Of a stretch of DNA of 64,000 bases, positions 1 through 12,745 are shown in pieces. The notes beneath the pieces were generated by a model. It did not search any database. It worked only from the letters and a program-made list of their open reading frames with translations, and was not told the origin of the DNA. The stretch is from contig CM059438.1 of the NCBI GenBank assembly GCA_030390025.1, positions 69,504,001 to 69,568,000 on the forward strand, given 5' to 3'. The stretch comes from Squalus acanthias (lineage: Eukaryota). A program made the translations under genes and the position numbers. Within the stretch, counting starts at the first letter, position 1. Every line of letters begins with the position of its first letter.

Positions 1-992
1 GCTGCCCCTTCCCCACCTGCCACCGGAAAATGCTGGGTTCCCTGCCCATTTCTCTCTGTTTCTCAGAACCATCAGGCAAAGCTTGGCAGTAATCTCTGGC
101 GTAGTGGTGGGAAGTCCTTGGATGAGGGAGAGGGCCGAGTAGTAGCCTGCTTCTGCTCCATATCCCCCCCAATTTCTCACCTGTTGAAGGCCTTGGCATT
201 GGCCAGGGCCTTCAGTAAATAAATTGATGTGGTTGTCGGGGCTCTTCTGCCCCGTTCATAGGCCTCCTGCTTCTGCGGCTGTTGCAGTACTGGTCTCACT
301 GCAGCACTGGCAGAATCTTTTGCCCTTTCAGTGGCGGACTCCTGCCTGAGGCCCAGCCTGAAAGCATAATGTCCTGACCCAGGAAAGTGGATCAGGATTG
401 GGGGTGACAGACAGGTATCTCACCCCAACCCTCCTTGGGCAAGAAGAGGAGAATCCAGGCCTGGGATTCAAGCCTAGGATGTTCCTGGTCTGTATGATTC
501 AAATCCACATTAGACAGTGGATTTCTTTATCTGTCTGGGAATATCTGACCCAGTTACTGCTGTCTAACAATATGTCACAAAATTCACATTGGAGGAGAGT
601 CTGTTGTCAGTTGTCTCCAACTTGAATCTCTTGATGTCCCAATGATAACTGGGGGAACGAGTAACCAAAGAGAGTGTAAAAAAATAAAGGGGATCGAAAC
701 ATCCCTACCTTGTGATTGCCTGGTGTTCGACCGCCTTAGAAATTATACTGCCGGTACAGAAACATTTAATTGTGTGAGAATTTCACTCCAACTAAGGGAA
801 TAGCTGTGGAAACCAAATGCTTCACAATGGTTGAACAAGGGAACTGGACCTATAACTGCTATACAGTTAAACTTGTATCAAATTCTTTTTCTGTGGCAAT
901 GATTGTTACTCAATTAAATACATTTAAAAAAAAAATAAACCACCCCTATGTAACAGGAAAAGCACTAAACCCATTTCTAGGCTAGAAACTTA

Positions 993-1673
993 GGGATAGA
1001 GTTTTGGGCATAATCGTGAAATTGGGCGCAAATTGCATTTGAAACTGCGTTGGTTTGGTTACAGTTCAAGTTTCTGATAAAATATGTTTGCATAATCACA
1101 AAATCTTCCATGAACCAGCACAATCGGTTAGCGTAATAGAATGTAATTGTTTTTTTTCTTTGCATTCTAATATATTCATTGATGTATTTAAGAGCGGTAA
1201 CCTGGTGCAGTTTTATCAATACAGCTGAAAATGGGTTTATCACAAAAAATAAGCATTTTTAATAGTGTTTAGTCCTCTACCGGTGAGTAACCTGATCTTA
1301 AATCACTAAAATTGACTTTAAAAAAACTATACTGAACCATTTACTAGTTTCATTGGTGTGCACTAGTCAGTTTCTTAGTAAATTAAATATTTTTTAACAC
1401 GTAAAAACTTTTAAAACCTGTCTACGAGTGCCTGTGCACCTGAAAGAAAGGAGCTCAATTTGAAGGTTCCCTCGAACGGGGGCAATCGGTGGAAACTCGC
1501 TATCCTTATGATTTTGAGCTGGGGGGGGGGGAGGGGTGTTTGTGAGTGGGGCCAGCTTCGGGCGAAATGGTTTTTAAACCAGCGTTACAGATTGCAGAAA
1601 CTCGATTTACGCTTGAGTTTCCACAATCTTTTGCGCTGGTAAAACTAGCGCAGACTAGCAGAAACTCTACCCC
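993..1673. mobile_element. Older Harbinger-like MITE
   Basis: TIR GGGATAGAGTTT / GGGGTAGAGTTT (rc). TSD not conserved. Confidence 0.6.
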
Positions 1674-3902
1674 AAAATGTCCATTCAAACCAGCCGTTTA
1701 TTTTGAGGAAGTTCTTGTAAATAGCGCTCTGTGTTTTCTTTGTTGTATTCGGCTCTCTGAGCTTTATTCCATTTTGTCTAGCTTTCCAGGTTCCTTTTAG
1801 TTAACAATCACCGCCAAAACTGATCATTTAGTGTAATTATATCCGATTGATAATTTTCAGTCCAATTTTGGAAATTGATGTTGGTCGTCATGCTGCGGTT
1901 TCCATTAAGAAGTGATTTTCTTGAAACAGTAAGAAGTTTTCCTGTTTTATCATGCCCAGTAAAATAGGAGAGAGACTTTTATTTTACTCGTAACCAAAAT
2001 CATAGCTTGGTTCTTTTTCTTTTAAAAGTTGTGTGTGTGCAATTTTTTTCCTCCTTCCCCCCCCCCCCTGCCCTTCAGCATTCCTATTTGGGCTGCTCTG
2101 GGGAAAGTTCTCAAACTTGGACGGATATGATTTATTTGAACTATCTTCATACAAGGGTTGTATCCTAAAACTTGTACAGAAGAAAGCTATTTTTTTTCCA
2201 AGATCAACGGCAAATGTCGGGAGTGCTGAGGTAAATAAACCTCCATGATGGAGATTTTACAGAAGTACGGATGTTGGGAGCCTCCCCAAAGTCCAAGTCA
2301 ATAATGAGCTATCTAAGCTGAAGCTTACTATTTTCTTGTACAGGAAGAGATCTGGATGCCTGAGGCAGTTGCTGAATTTACCTTCCCCAAGCATCCAAAA
2401 ATCTTCCTGGAAAAGAAAACAGTGGTCTTCAAATTGGACATTTCTTTTTACTTTTACAAAACTTGGTACAGCTCAGAAAAATTTGCGTCATCTCCTATCG
2501 ACAACAACCAGAAATTAAATGCGCAAGTCACCCTTAAATGACAACAGGATGTGGCTCCCTAATGGATTAGTTGAAGGGTGGCTTTTGTGAAACTAAACTA
2601 TACAGACTAGGAGGACCCTAGTTTCAATCATGGGTGGGGTGCATTACATTTGTTGTTGGCGTCCCTGGAGCTCAGAGAGGAAAAGTCACCCTGGGTTTCT
2701 TTTCTTGATAGCACTAGTAACCCCAGCTAAAAGTGCATTCATGTGGATGTCTGGTGAGGGGAGGGATCAGGTACTTTTGTGATGCCCCCATGTTCAAACA
2801 GCCTTCTGGCACTTGTTGCATGGAATCCAGCATAGAGAATGACCCTTTGGGTAACATACCAGTATTGGCCAGTGTCCATGGAACCCTACGTCCTGTATGA
2901 ATCGCTGTCTTCAGAAGAGGAGATGCGGATTGGGTGATTATTTTAGAGCAGAGCATATACTCTGAAGTTGGGATTTGGGTATTAGAATAAAGCAATGGAT
3001 CTGAACTCTGCCCTGATTTTTCGGGATGTTATCACTTGGTGCAGAGTATCCTACAGTGAAACATAGGAAAGTAAAGGACTTGAAAAGACTCCGCAGTCCA
3101 TCTGGCCAGTTCCAAGACCAAATACCCACCTCAATCGCCCACTCCCTCAAATATCTAACCAATTCTCCCTTAAATTTTTTCACACTATCTTTTTCCACTG
3201 CTTCCATTATCCTCAACTACAATATTGTTTTATCAATCTAATTAAAAAAAATATTGCGGCAACTCTTTTTTTCTATGTAGATGTTTTCAATTTAGTTAAT
3301 GAAAGACAAAACTGCCTCGTGATCCGATGCTGATGGGTGATAATGGAAATATATCTTCCTGAAAGATTTTTGAGGATATTCAGAGCTGTTTTCCAACTAG
3401 ATAAAGTGGTTTAATATCTAGTCAAGTGGTTAAGCCAGTGTAATTCGATAAATTATGCTAAGATGCAAAAGAATGTGTTATATAAATGTAAGTTATTGTC
3501 ATCCACGTGGATGAATGGTTAGTTATGGGAAAAGTGGCTGAATTTTTCCTTCACGAGCACAGGGACAATTTTAACACACAAACTACCACCCTGACTAGAT
3601 CAGTTAATGCAACACAGATCAGCAATATATGAGCTCTTCCTGTGTAACTTGTGGTATTTAAGGAGTACTTCATTGATTTAGAAAGCCTCGATTGCCAGGC
3701 TGGGCCACGACATAAATATTTTATCCAAAAGAAGGCTTAAATGCAATTTCTCAAACAATATACCCTTGCATAGCCATTTTGTAAAGCAACTTCCATTTGT
3801 TTGCATGTTGTTAAATTGACAGGACCTGGCTGGTGGCAGTTAAAATCGCCCTGGCTCTTACCTGTCCGAAAGCTGCCATGATCGCAACATCTGCAATTTT
3901 AA

Positions 3903-4130
3903 TACAAAAAAGAAAATACTGCAGATGCTGGAAATCTGAAATAAAAACAGAAAATGCTGGAGAGGCTCAGCAGGTCAGGCAGCATCTGTGAAGAGAGAAA
4001 CAGAGTTAACGTTTCAGGTCGATGACCTTTCGTCTGACGAAAGGTCATCGACCTGAAACGTTAACTCTGTTTCTCTCTTCACAGATGCTGCCTGACCTGC
4101 TGAGCTTCTCCAACATTTTCTGTTTTTATT
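3903..4130. mobile_element. Penelope-like element (PLE) terminal-repeat foldback with 14-bp TSD
   Basis: TSD atctgcaattttaa at 3889-3902 and 4131-4144. Palindrome 3940-4130 centred on 4035. Confidence 0.88.
4034..4062 (+). ncRNA. Minimal hammerhead ribozyme core of the PLE repeat
   Basis: CTGACGA-a-AGGT(catcg)ACCT-GAAAC-GTT: both conserved core boxes, a stem II and a palindromic AACGTT minimal stem III. Stem I not verified. Confidence 0.55.
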
Positions 4131-4626
4131 ATCTGCAATTTTAACCTGCTCTCCTGAGGAGGCAGCAAGGGCACGCGCCTGGAGCCAACAGGGTCCTTCT
4201 TTACATATGCATGTTGCGGCCCGATGACAGCATTGAGACCCGACTGTATTTTTAACTCAGGCTTGAGTGGGGAATCCACCTGGAGTTAAAATTGGGGCCA
4301 TTTGGGTCAATGGTTTTAACAAAGGGATTATCAAGAAAATTGCTTCAGTTAACACATTAATGCCACTCTGACAGCAGTAAGTTCAGCCTAATCTACAATG
4401 ATCTGTAACCAATGACCTCACAGGTATGTATGACTGAGTTCCACACTGTACGGTGTCTTTACTGACAAAACCATCAGTAGAGCTCTTGGTTCTGTTTAGG
4501 AGAAAATATAGCATTGGGCAAGTTATTCCCCACCACCAATTCCATCCCCCTCCCTGGCCACTGACTCGAGCTGAACCAGACAGTTAGCAACCTCAGCATC
4601 ATAGTTGACCCAGAGCTAAGCATCCC

Positions 4627-5750
4627 CATTTCTGACCTTATGTTGGAGGGAAGGCCATTGATGAAGCAGCTGAAGATGGTTGGGTCTAGGACACTCCCCT
4701 GAGGAACTCCTGCAGCTGTGATGATTGACCTCCAACCACCTTTCTTTGTGCTATGTATGACTCCAGCCAGTGGAGAGTTCCCCGCCCACTAGGGCTCCTT
4801 GATGCCACACTCAATCAAATGCTGCCTTGATGTCAAGGGCAGTCACTCTCACCTCTGGAATTCAGCTCCTTTGTCCATGTTTGGACCAAGGCTGTAATGA
4901 GGTTTGGAGCCGAGTAGTTCTGACGGAACCCAAACTGGGCATCAGTGAGCAGGTGTCGCTTGATAGCGCTGTCGACTGACACCTTCCATCACTTTGCTGA
5001 TGATTGAGAGTAGATTGATGGGGCAGTAATTGGCCGGGATGAATTTGACCTCCTTTTTGTGGACAGGACATACATGGGCAGTTTTCCACATTGTCGGATA
5101 GATGCTAGTGTTGTAGCTATACTGGAACAGCTTGGCTGGAGGTGCGGCTAGTTCTGGAGCACAAGAGCCGGGATGTTGTCGGGGCCCATAGCCTTTGCTG
5201 TCTCCAGTGCGCTCAGCCGTTTCTTGATATCATGTGGAGTGAATCGAATTGGCTGCTGTGAACCTCAGGAGATCATCCACTCAGCACTGCTGGCTGGAGA
5301 TGCCTTGTCTTTTGCACTCAATGTGCTGGGCTCCACCATCATTGAGAATGGGGATTTTCGTGGAGCCACCTCCTCCCGTTATGTTGTTTAATTGTCCCCC
5401 ACCATTCACGACTGGATATGGCAGCACTTTGATCTTATCCGTTGATTGTAGGATCGCTTAGCCTTGTCTATAGCATGCTGCTTCTGCTTTTTAGCGTGCA
5501 CGTAGTCCTGTGTTGCAGCTTCCCCCAATTGGCACCTCATTTTTAGGTACACCTTGTGCTGCTCCTGCACTCCTTATTGAACCAGGGTTGGTCCCCTGGC
5601 TTGATGGTAAAGTGAGGGATATGGCAGGCCCTGTGGTTACAGATTGTGGTGGAATACAATTCTGTTGCTGTTGATGGCCCACAGTGCCTCATGGATGCCT
5701 AGTTTTGAGATGCTATATCTCTTTGGTGGAGGGTGGCCTTAGTGTGAAGA
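4627..5750 (-). mobile_element. Deletion-riddled non-LTR retrotransposon (CR1/L2 group) RT fragment
   Basis: The minus strand reads AGVPQGSVL(D)PTIFSCFIN and ALDIKAAFD-like motifs. Confidence 0.75.
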
Positions 5751-6024
5751 CAGAGACTGATGACTGATACTAGCTTTTTTTATTCCAGATTTTTATTTAA
5801 TTAACTGCCATTGTAGGATTTGAATTCACATCTACTGGATTATTAGTCCAGGCCTCTGGATTACTAGTCCAGCAACATTACCACTATGCTACCATTCCTG
5901 TGCTCCTGTGAAGTGCCTTGGTTCGTTTTCCTATATTAAAAGTGCTATATGAATGCAAGTTGTTGTTAGTATTAGTGTTATTGATGTTATTGGTTACTGA
6001 TGATTGCAGTCTGAGCGGAATAAT

Positions 6025-6762
6025 GGCCCAAAAATTAGTGCCACTACGCGAGAGTACGCACTGTGTACTCTCGCGTATTCTGTCTCCAATTGCCGGTTTT
6101 CTGCATGCACTGCGCATGCGCTGAAAACCGGCACTTGGTGAATGGAAAAGGGGGCGGGTCCTAGGTGAACCGCGTGCGCGCTACAGGCTGCGTGCACGCT
6201 GTGCACTTAGTGGTTTCAACGCGCAGGTAAGTATGGAAGATTTTACACATAAAAAAAGGAGTAAGACCCACTTTTAACAAGGTAAGGAGTGAATTAAGTA
6301 TTATTTTGAATTTTTTTTAACAGGTATATCTTTTTTAGAGACTTTAAAGACAGGTAAGTTTATTTTTATAACTTTTTAAAAGATTTTAAATTTTTTCAAA
6401 AATTTAATTTTTTATTTAAAATGGTTAATTTATTTAACTACTTATTTTATTAATGTGATGGGTTTTTTAAAAAATTTAATTGAGGTTTAGCTGTTCTTTT
6501 GGGGGGCTATAGTATTCATAGCTTTCTCAGCACTTATGTGAAAGTTATGAATGGAAGATGGTGTGCTGCCATTGGCTCTAACTGAGTCACGTGATCCCAC
6601 AGCTCGCACGAATTAACTGCGCCTGTGGATACGCAAGCCCAGCACAGCAGCTGTCCAGAACATCAAGTTCGTGCGAGCTGGAACTGAAAAAGCCAACGCG
6701 CAGTGAGAGATCGCGGGAAAGCCTTACCCTCGCACGAAGGCTTCCTCACGAATTTTTGGGCC
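6025..6762. mobile_element. Harbinger/Tourist-like MITE
   Basis: TIR GGCCCAAAAATT(A/C)GTG at both ends (15/16 match). AAT TSD at 6022-6024 and 6763-6765. GC-rich ends, AT-rich core and an internal gccggttttc...gaaaaccggc hairpin. Confidence 0.9.
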
Positions 6763-8512
6763 AATGTGTTAGCTGAAGTAACTTTCTTGATTCTCCCTTT
6801 GTTAAAACTATGGAGCCAACTAGTCCTTTCCATACATGTGGTGATATATTGACATTCCTGTCAGTTTAACAACATGCAAATAAATGAAACCTGCTTTATA
6901 AAATGACTATACAAGGGTGTACTGTTTAAAAAAAAAAGTCCAATTAAGGCATCTTTTTGTTAAAATGTTCTTGTAGTAGCCCACCCTCGCAGTTTAAAGG
7001 CTGTCTAAATCAATGAAGTATGACTTGAATACAACTCAAGTTACACAAGAAGAGTGTGGTAAAGTGTCACCTCAATGTGTTGCCCCAATGAGTCTCCCTG
7101 TATTCCCTTCTGTTTGGATGACATCTGGCTTTGTTCTAAATAAACACCATACACTTGTTCAGTGCTGGCTTCCATCCGTCTCATGAAGTGCCACGTGCCC
7201 CAGCATATTAAACATTTTGGGTGGCAGGTGTACTGAAATATGAAAGGGATAAACCAGACTTTGGCCTTGTAAACAGTAAATCAGAGAGTGCAGCTCCCGC
7301 AGGGAACTAGGGTCAAGACAGGATTCTGTGTTTTTAATGAATCCTGATATGTTTGATCTCTCAAGTTGTTTGACATTCTCAGGAAGGCACTCTGGGCAGT
7401 TCCTTTCCTGCTGTGTTTTATTTTAAAAAATCTCTGAAGTGCACAGACCTAGCAGAGAAATAGTCTGACAAACTGACTTCATTGTGTGCAAGTTGGGGGT
7501 GGGGTGGGCGGGGAAATGTGATGTTGCTCCTCCGATATCATAGACATTCGGGATATTTAAAAACTGCTCATGCCGTGCTTTTCTGATTGCAGACTAAGTA
7601 TTAGTGAATACCAATGGTCAAACTGCTTCAGGTTTCAAGAATCTTGGAGGGGTTTTCTTAGGGGGGGCAAAGGATTCTAGCCTGGAGTATTCATCAGTTA
7701 TTTTGCGTTCAAGTTGCCATGTTGGCCAGACAGGTAAATGCGTCATGCAACATCGTACAAAGCCATACAGACAAGAAGGTCCCAAGTTCTTATTCCCCGT
7801 CTGTACTGAGTCAGCCAAACTCAAGTCGGGCAGCAGCTGAGACTACTGCCATTGGCATCAGCAATCCTGGGCTAGGGAGGCAGAAACAACAGCCAGCATT
7901 GCCACTCCTCATTGCTATCCAGTGTCCCCTGTTGGGAAATACATGTGTGGATGTCAGGTAAGGGCAAGGTTAGCTTGATTATGATGACCTTCACAATTGA
8001 ATTGTCTCTAGATACTCAATGGCTGGTTCACACATCAAGAAGGGTCACTTAGGTGCGTGTGGAACCGTATCTCGGCAGAATCAGCATAGGAGTTGACTGA
8101 TTTACCACCCTTCCCAACTCGTGGGGGGGCCGTCAGGGATGTGCTGGGAGGTGCCCGCAGCTCGTGAGGATCAATTTAAATGAAGCCTGAAGCTGAATTT
8201 GGCTTGGGCCTCTGGCCAGCACAAGGGGGCACAAGTCAAATTTCTCCCCCACTGTGTATATACAAAAAGAGGAAAAAAAAGATTTATTTCAAAGTTTAGG
8301 GAGACGGTAGCCCTTTAAAACAGAAATGGTGTTACTCATTGATTCTCCACCCAATAATTTTAAATTTATCATTCTTCCTTACTTAGAACTTGCTTGACAT
8401 GGGAGAGCAGACAGCCAACCTGTTCTCAGGTTTCTATTCAGTCCCAATATGTATGTAGTGTCCAGGAAGTGTCTGAAGTTGGTACCCCCATTTTGTTTTC
8501 CTTCCTGTTTGC

Positions 8513-9113
8513 TTGCCTCAGCCCATCTGCTGCTGAAATCTTCATCCATGCCTTTGTTATCTCCAGACTCGACTATTCCAACGCTCTCCTACCAGCCTCC
8601 CGCTTAACACCCTCCATAAACTTGAGCTCAGGCAAAACTTTGCTGCCCGTACCCTAACTCTCACCAAGTCCCGTTCACCCATCACCCCTGTGCTCGCTGA
8701 CCTACATTGGCTCCCGGTCCGGCAATGCCTCAGTTTTAAAATTCTCATCCTTGTGTTCAAATCCCTCGACAGCCTCGCCTCTCCCTATCTCTGTAATCTC
8801 CTCCAGAACTACAACCGTCCGAGATCTCTGCGCTCCTCCAATTCTGGCCTCTTGCGCATCCCTGACTTCCATCGCTCCATTATTGGCGGCCATGCCTTCA
8901 GCTGCCTCGTCCCGAAGCTTTGGAATTCCCCCCTTAAACCTTTCCACCTCTCTACCTCTCTCTCCTCCTTTAAATCGCTCCTTAAAACCTACCTCTTTCT
9001 GTCCTAATATCTGTTTATGTGGCTTAGCATCAAATTGTGACTGATAACGCCCCTGTGAAGCGCCTTGGAAGGTTTTACTACATTAAAGTTGCTATATAAA
9101 TGCAAGTTGTTGT
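8513..9113 (+). mobile_element. L2-type LINE 3' end
   Basis: IHAFVISRLDYSNALL, LADLHWLPV and FKSLLKTYLF; tail tataaatgcaagttgttgttg. Confidence 0.9.
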
Positions 9114-9861
9114 TGTGTGGGAAGCACCTTTGCTTATTCAGCTCCTACCCCCAACAGCTCACAAAACATCAGGAATGCAGATTGTGGAAAGTTGTCGTCA
9201 CAATCTATGCATCTTGTTTTCATAGATTTTTTTGTTTTAATATCTTCTGGAATCAATCCTTGCAATTTACGAGGTTGCCTCAAGGTGCTAATCTGATAAA
9301 TTTGTACAAAAATGTCGAAAGGGGTAATAAACTATGACTTCTTTGTATCAAGCAAGCTCTCAGTTTCAATTGTATCCTGTGGTTACACTGTGAAAATTAT
9401 CTTTAGAAGAATCACAGTCTATTTAGTTGCAGGCAAAGTGATAGTGGCAATGGTACTAATGAGTCTGTTGATCTGATTTATGAGGCAGAGATAATGTGGC
9501 TGAAGAGTTATAGTGCTCTGGTCACGTCGCACTTGAGCACTACTTTTTAGTCGCCAAGACACAAGGGAAACATCTCTATGGTGTAGATGTGGTGCAGAGA
9601 AAGGCCATGAGGCTGACCCCCGTTTCGAAGGACTGCATTATGAGGAAAGGCTTGAAAATTCAGATTCTTCAGCCTTGAAACGAGGTAAGTGAAAGGTGAC
9701 CTTCTGAAGGGATATTGGGATACAAAAGATTAGACTGGCTCACTGTTTGAATTTAAACTGTTACTGGAGGACAGGGGAATAGGTACAAACTGATAAATGC
9801 AAGTTCAGGGCTGATATCAAGGAGCATTTCTCCACAGAGCTTCAAGTAAAGAGTGATTGAA

Positions 9862-10793
9862 GAAAGAAAGAACTTGCATTTATATTGCATCTTTCAGAAC
9901 CTCAGGAAGGCCTCAAAGTGCTTTAGAGCTAGTGAAGTACTGTCAGCCGTGGCTCAGTTGGTAGCACTCTTGTCTCTGAGTCAGAAGGTTGTGGGTTCAA
10001 GTCCCACTCCAGGGACCTGAGCACAAAAATCTAGGCTGACACTCCAGTGCAGTGCTGAGGGAGCGCTGCACTGTCTGAGGTGCCGTCTTTCAGATGAGAT
10101 GTTAAACCGAGGCCCTGTCTGCTCTCTCAGGTGGATGTAAAAGGTCCCATGGCACTATTTCGAAGAAGAGCAGGGGAGTTATGACTGCTGTTTTGGCCAA
10201 TATTTATCCCTCAATCAACATCACAAAAACAGATTATCTGGTCATTATCCCATTGCTTTTTTTGGGATCTTGCTGAGCGCAAATTGACTGCCATGTTTCC
10301 TACACTACAACAGTGACTACACATCAAAAGTCCTTCATTGGCTGTAAAGCACTTTGAGACGTCCTGAGGTCGTGAAAGTCTTTATATAAATGCAAGTCTT
10401 TCTTTATTTCTTTTGAATTGTAGTCACTATTTTAATGGGAAACATGTCAGCCAATGTGCACACAGCAAGGTTCCACAAACAGCAATGAGATTAATGACAA
10501 GATAATTTTTTTAGTGATGTTGTTTGAAGGATAAATATTGGCCTGGACACTGGGAGAACACCCTTGCTGTTCTTCAAATAGTGCAGTAGGATCTTTTACG
10601 TCCACCAAGGAGGGATGACGGGGCGTTGGTTTAACGTCTCATCTGAAGTACAGCACCTCCAACAGTGCAGCACTGTCTCAGTACTGCCCTGAAGTGTCAG
10701 CCTGGATTATGTGCTTAAGTCCATGCAGTAGGTGTTTGAACAGATGACCATCTGATTCAGAGGTGAGAGTGCTACCGCTGAGCAAAGGTTGAC
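9862..10793 (-). mobile_element. Older copy of the same SINE in opposite orientation, split by 9945-10405
   Basis: Tail at 9862-9941 and body/head at 10410-10793 are the reverse complement of the inserted copy. Confidence 0.85.
9945..10405 (+). mobile_element. tRNA-headed Deu-domain SINE (SacSINE1-like), full length
   Basis: A box gtggctcagttgg, B box ggttcaagtccc, Deu-like core (gatgagatgttaaaccgaggcc...ggcactatttcgaagaagagcagggg) and an L2-like tail tataaatgcaagtctttcttt. Confidence 0.88.
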
Positions 10794-11082
10794 CCTAATT
10801 AATACCTGGAATAGCTTGCTGGATAGCGTAGTTGAGGCAAAAACTGGAATCATCGAGAGGCAGTTAGGTGCTGGGTGGGGGAGGGGAGGGCTGTGTAGGT
10901 TTCCAGCTGGGCTGAATGGCCTTCCTCATCTGTACTTACTTTGGTGATGAGAAAAATGGGGTAATTTGTAAGTCAGATACTGTATGTATACCAAACCAGT
11001 CTGTGGAGAAATACCTGGGCAATTTCTTGTCACTTACGATCAACTTTGATGTTCTACATGCAGCATTATATTGGGTAATATT

Positions 11083-11798
11083 GGGCCTTATTTTCTGGAA
11101 AAAATCTACGCACTTATCTGAGGGCTCCCGAGGTCCGGACACTTCCGCTCCTGGGCCTCTCCAACTTGAAATGTGCAGGGCCCACGTATCCCAGAGGCGC
11201 ATGCGGTTCGCAGCGTCCCTGGGATCATGTGGGCCATGGGGAGCCAATCAAAGAAGGGAATCTCCCTTCATACACTTGACAGATAGACCTGTCAAATATA
11301 TGAATGGAGATCACCCTAAAAACACTTTACAACATTAAATACTTTTTTTTTAATCACATTTTTAAAATTAGTTGAAATTACAATAAATTAAAAATATTAA
11401 ACAAAAATTAAATTTTTTGTAAAAATAATTAAAGTTTTTTACGGGGCTAAAAATAAACTTACCTTTTTTAAAAGTATTTTTAAATGATAGAGTAAAAATA
11501 AAATTTTTTTTTCTTTTTTCAAATCTTATGCTGGTAAAAGCAGGCCTTACGCCTGCTTTTACCAGGCGTAAGATTTCTAAGGGTTTTCTGCGGTTGGAGG
11601 TTCTCCAGAATGCGGAACTATCTGCCCGCAGAGGCCCTTCTCCAGGGCAGGCGTCCGATCTGTCAAGAGCATTCTTGACAGATTGGAAATGCCGGTTTTC
11701 AGTGCATGCGCTTCGCATGCCTGAAACCAGCATTTCCGATGTCCCTACGGGTGTGTACACAGCTCGTACACACCCGTAGGGATTGGAATATCCGGCCC
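11083..11798. mobile_element. Harbinger/Tourist-like MITE (uninterrupted copy of the family hosting the autonomous Harbinger)
   Basis: ATT TSD (11080-11082, 11799-11801). Imperfect TIRs GGGCCTTATTTTC / GGGCCGGATATTC. Colinear with 47784-48114 plus 52462-52867. Confidence 0.88.
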
Positions 11799-12146
11799 AT
11801 TGTGTCTTATAGCATTACATCAGAAAGCCCTAACCTAATATATAAACTGCCATCAGGGGCCACCATGATGTCAATGCATAAAAAACATGATTATTTGTTT
11901 GAAATGAAATATACTGGGGGGGCGGGTATGGAGGTGGGGTGATGCATGCAACTGCCTAAACTGTTTGGGGCTGTGAGAGAGGGACATCTGAGTGCAATGG
12001 TTAAATGTTTGAAATGTCACAAAGCCTAATTACAATGCAAAGTAGTATGGAGGACCGTAAAAAGTGCAATTCTTGTTGTCTGCAAGAAAAAGATGAAATT
12101 ATGCCAACTGGAGAACTATTGGATAACGGCCTAGTTACAATAGCAG

Positions 12147-12501
12147 AATACTGTGGATGCTGGAAATCTGAAATAACAACAGAACATGCTGGAAAAGCTC
12201 AGCAGGAAAGGCAGCATCCGTGGAGAGAGAAACAGGCCTGTGACCCTTCGTCAGAACTGGAAAAAGTTGGAGATGTAACAGGTTTTAAGCAGGTGCAGAG
12301 GCAGGGAAAGGGGGGAGGGGAGGAAGGAACAAAAGGGACGGTCTGTGCTAGGATGGAAGGCAGGAGAGATTAAATGTTGCAAATGCGGATAGCAGAATAG
12401 TCAACAGCTGCCGCCTGAAAAAATTGGGGCAGGGGTTATAGTCTGAAATTGTTGAACTCAATGTTGAGTCCAGAAGGCTGTAAAGTGCCTAATCGAAAGA
12501 T
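12147..12501 (-). mobile_element. Penelope-like element 3' fragment (GIY-YIG C-terminus plus terminal repeat)
   Basis: Minus strand 12501-12440 encodes IFRLGTLQPSGLNIEFNNFR, followed by the same repeat as 3903-4130. Further repeat copies at ~15173-15295, 20221-20276, 46239-46962, 53505-53575 and 63285-63382. Confidence 0.82.
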
Positions 12502-12745
12502 TTGTTACAGTGTCTGATGAGATCAGACTGGAGAAGCATTTCAGGTTGAAGTTGTCCAAAGTTGAAAACTAAAAGCAGTGAAGCAGATTTTAATTTCACT
12601 GCATTGCGATTTGTTATCCTCCACCATGTTTTTTGCTCTTATTTTAAATGCCTCATGCCAATTCACTGGGACTTACAACTTCTTTAGTGTGACATTCAGC
12701 TGACTGAATCACTGCTAGATGTTGATCCCACTTCTATTCATGGTA

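Noticed and set aside
7285..7302. 18-nt match (agagtgcagctcccgcag) to the reverse complement of ~18826-18843
   Set aside because: Similarity does not extend on either side, and a single match of this length is plausible by chance.
9945..10015. tRNA gene
   Set aside because: The A/B boxes continue into a SINE body and tail, so this is a SINE head.
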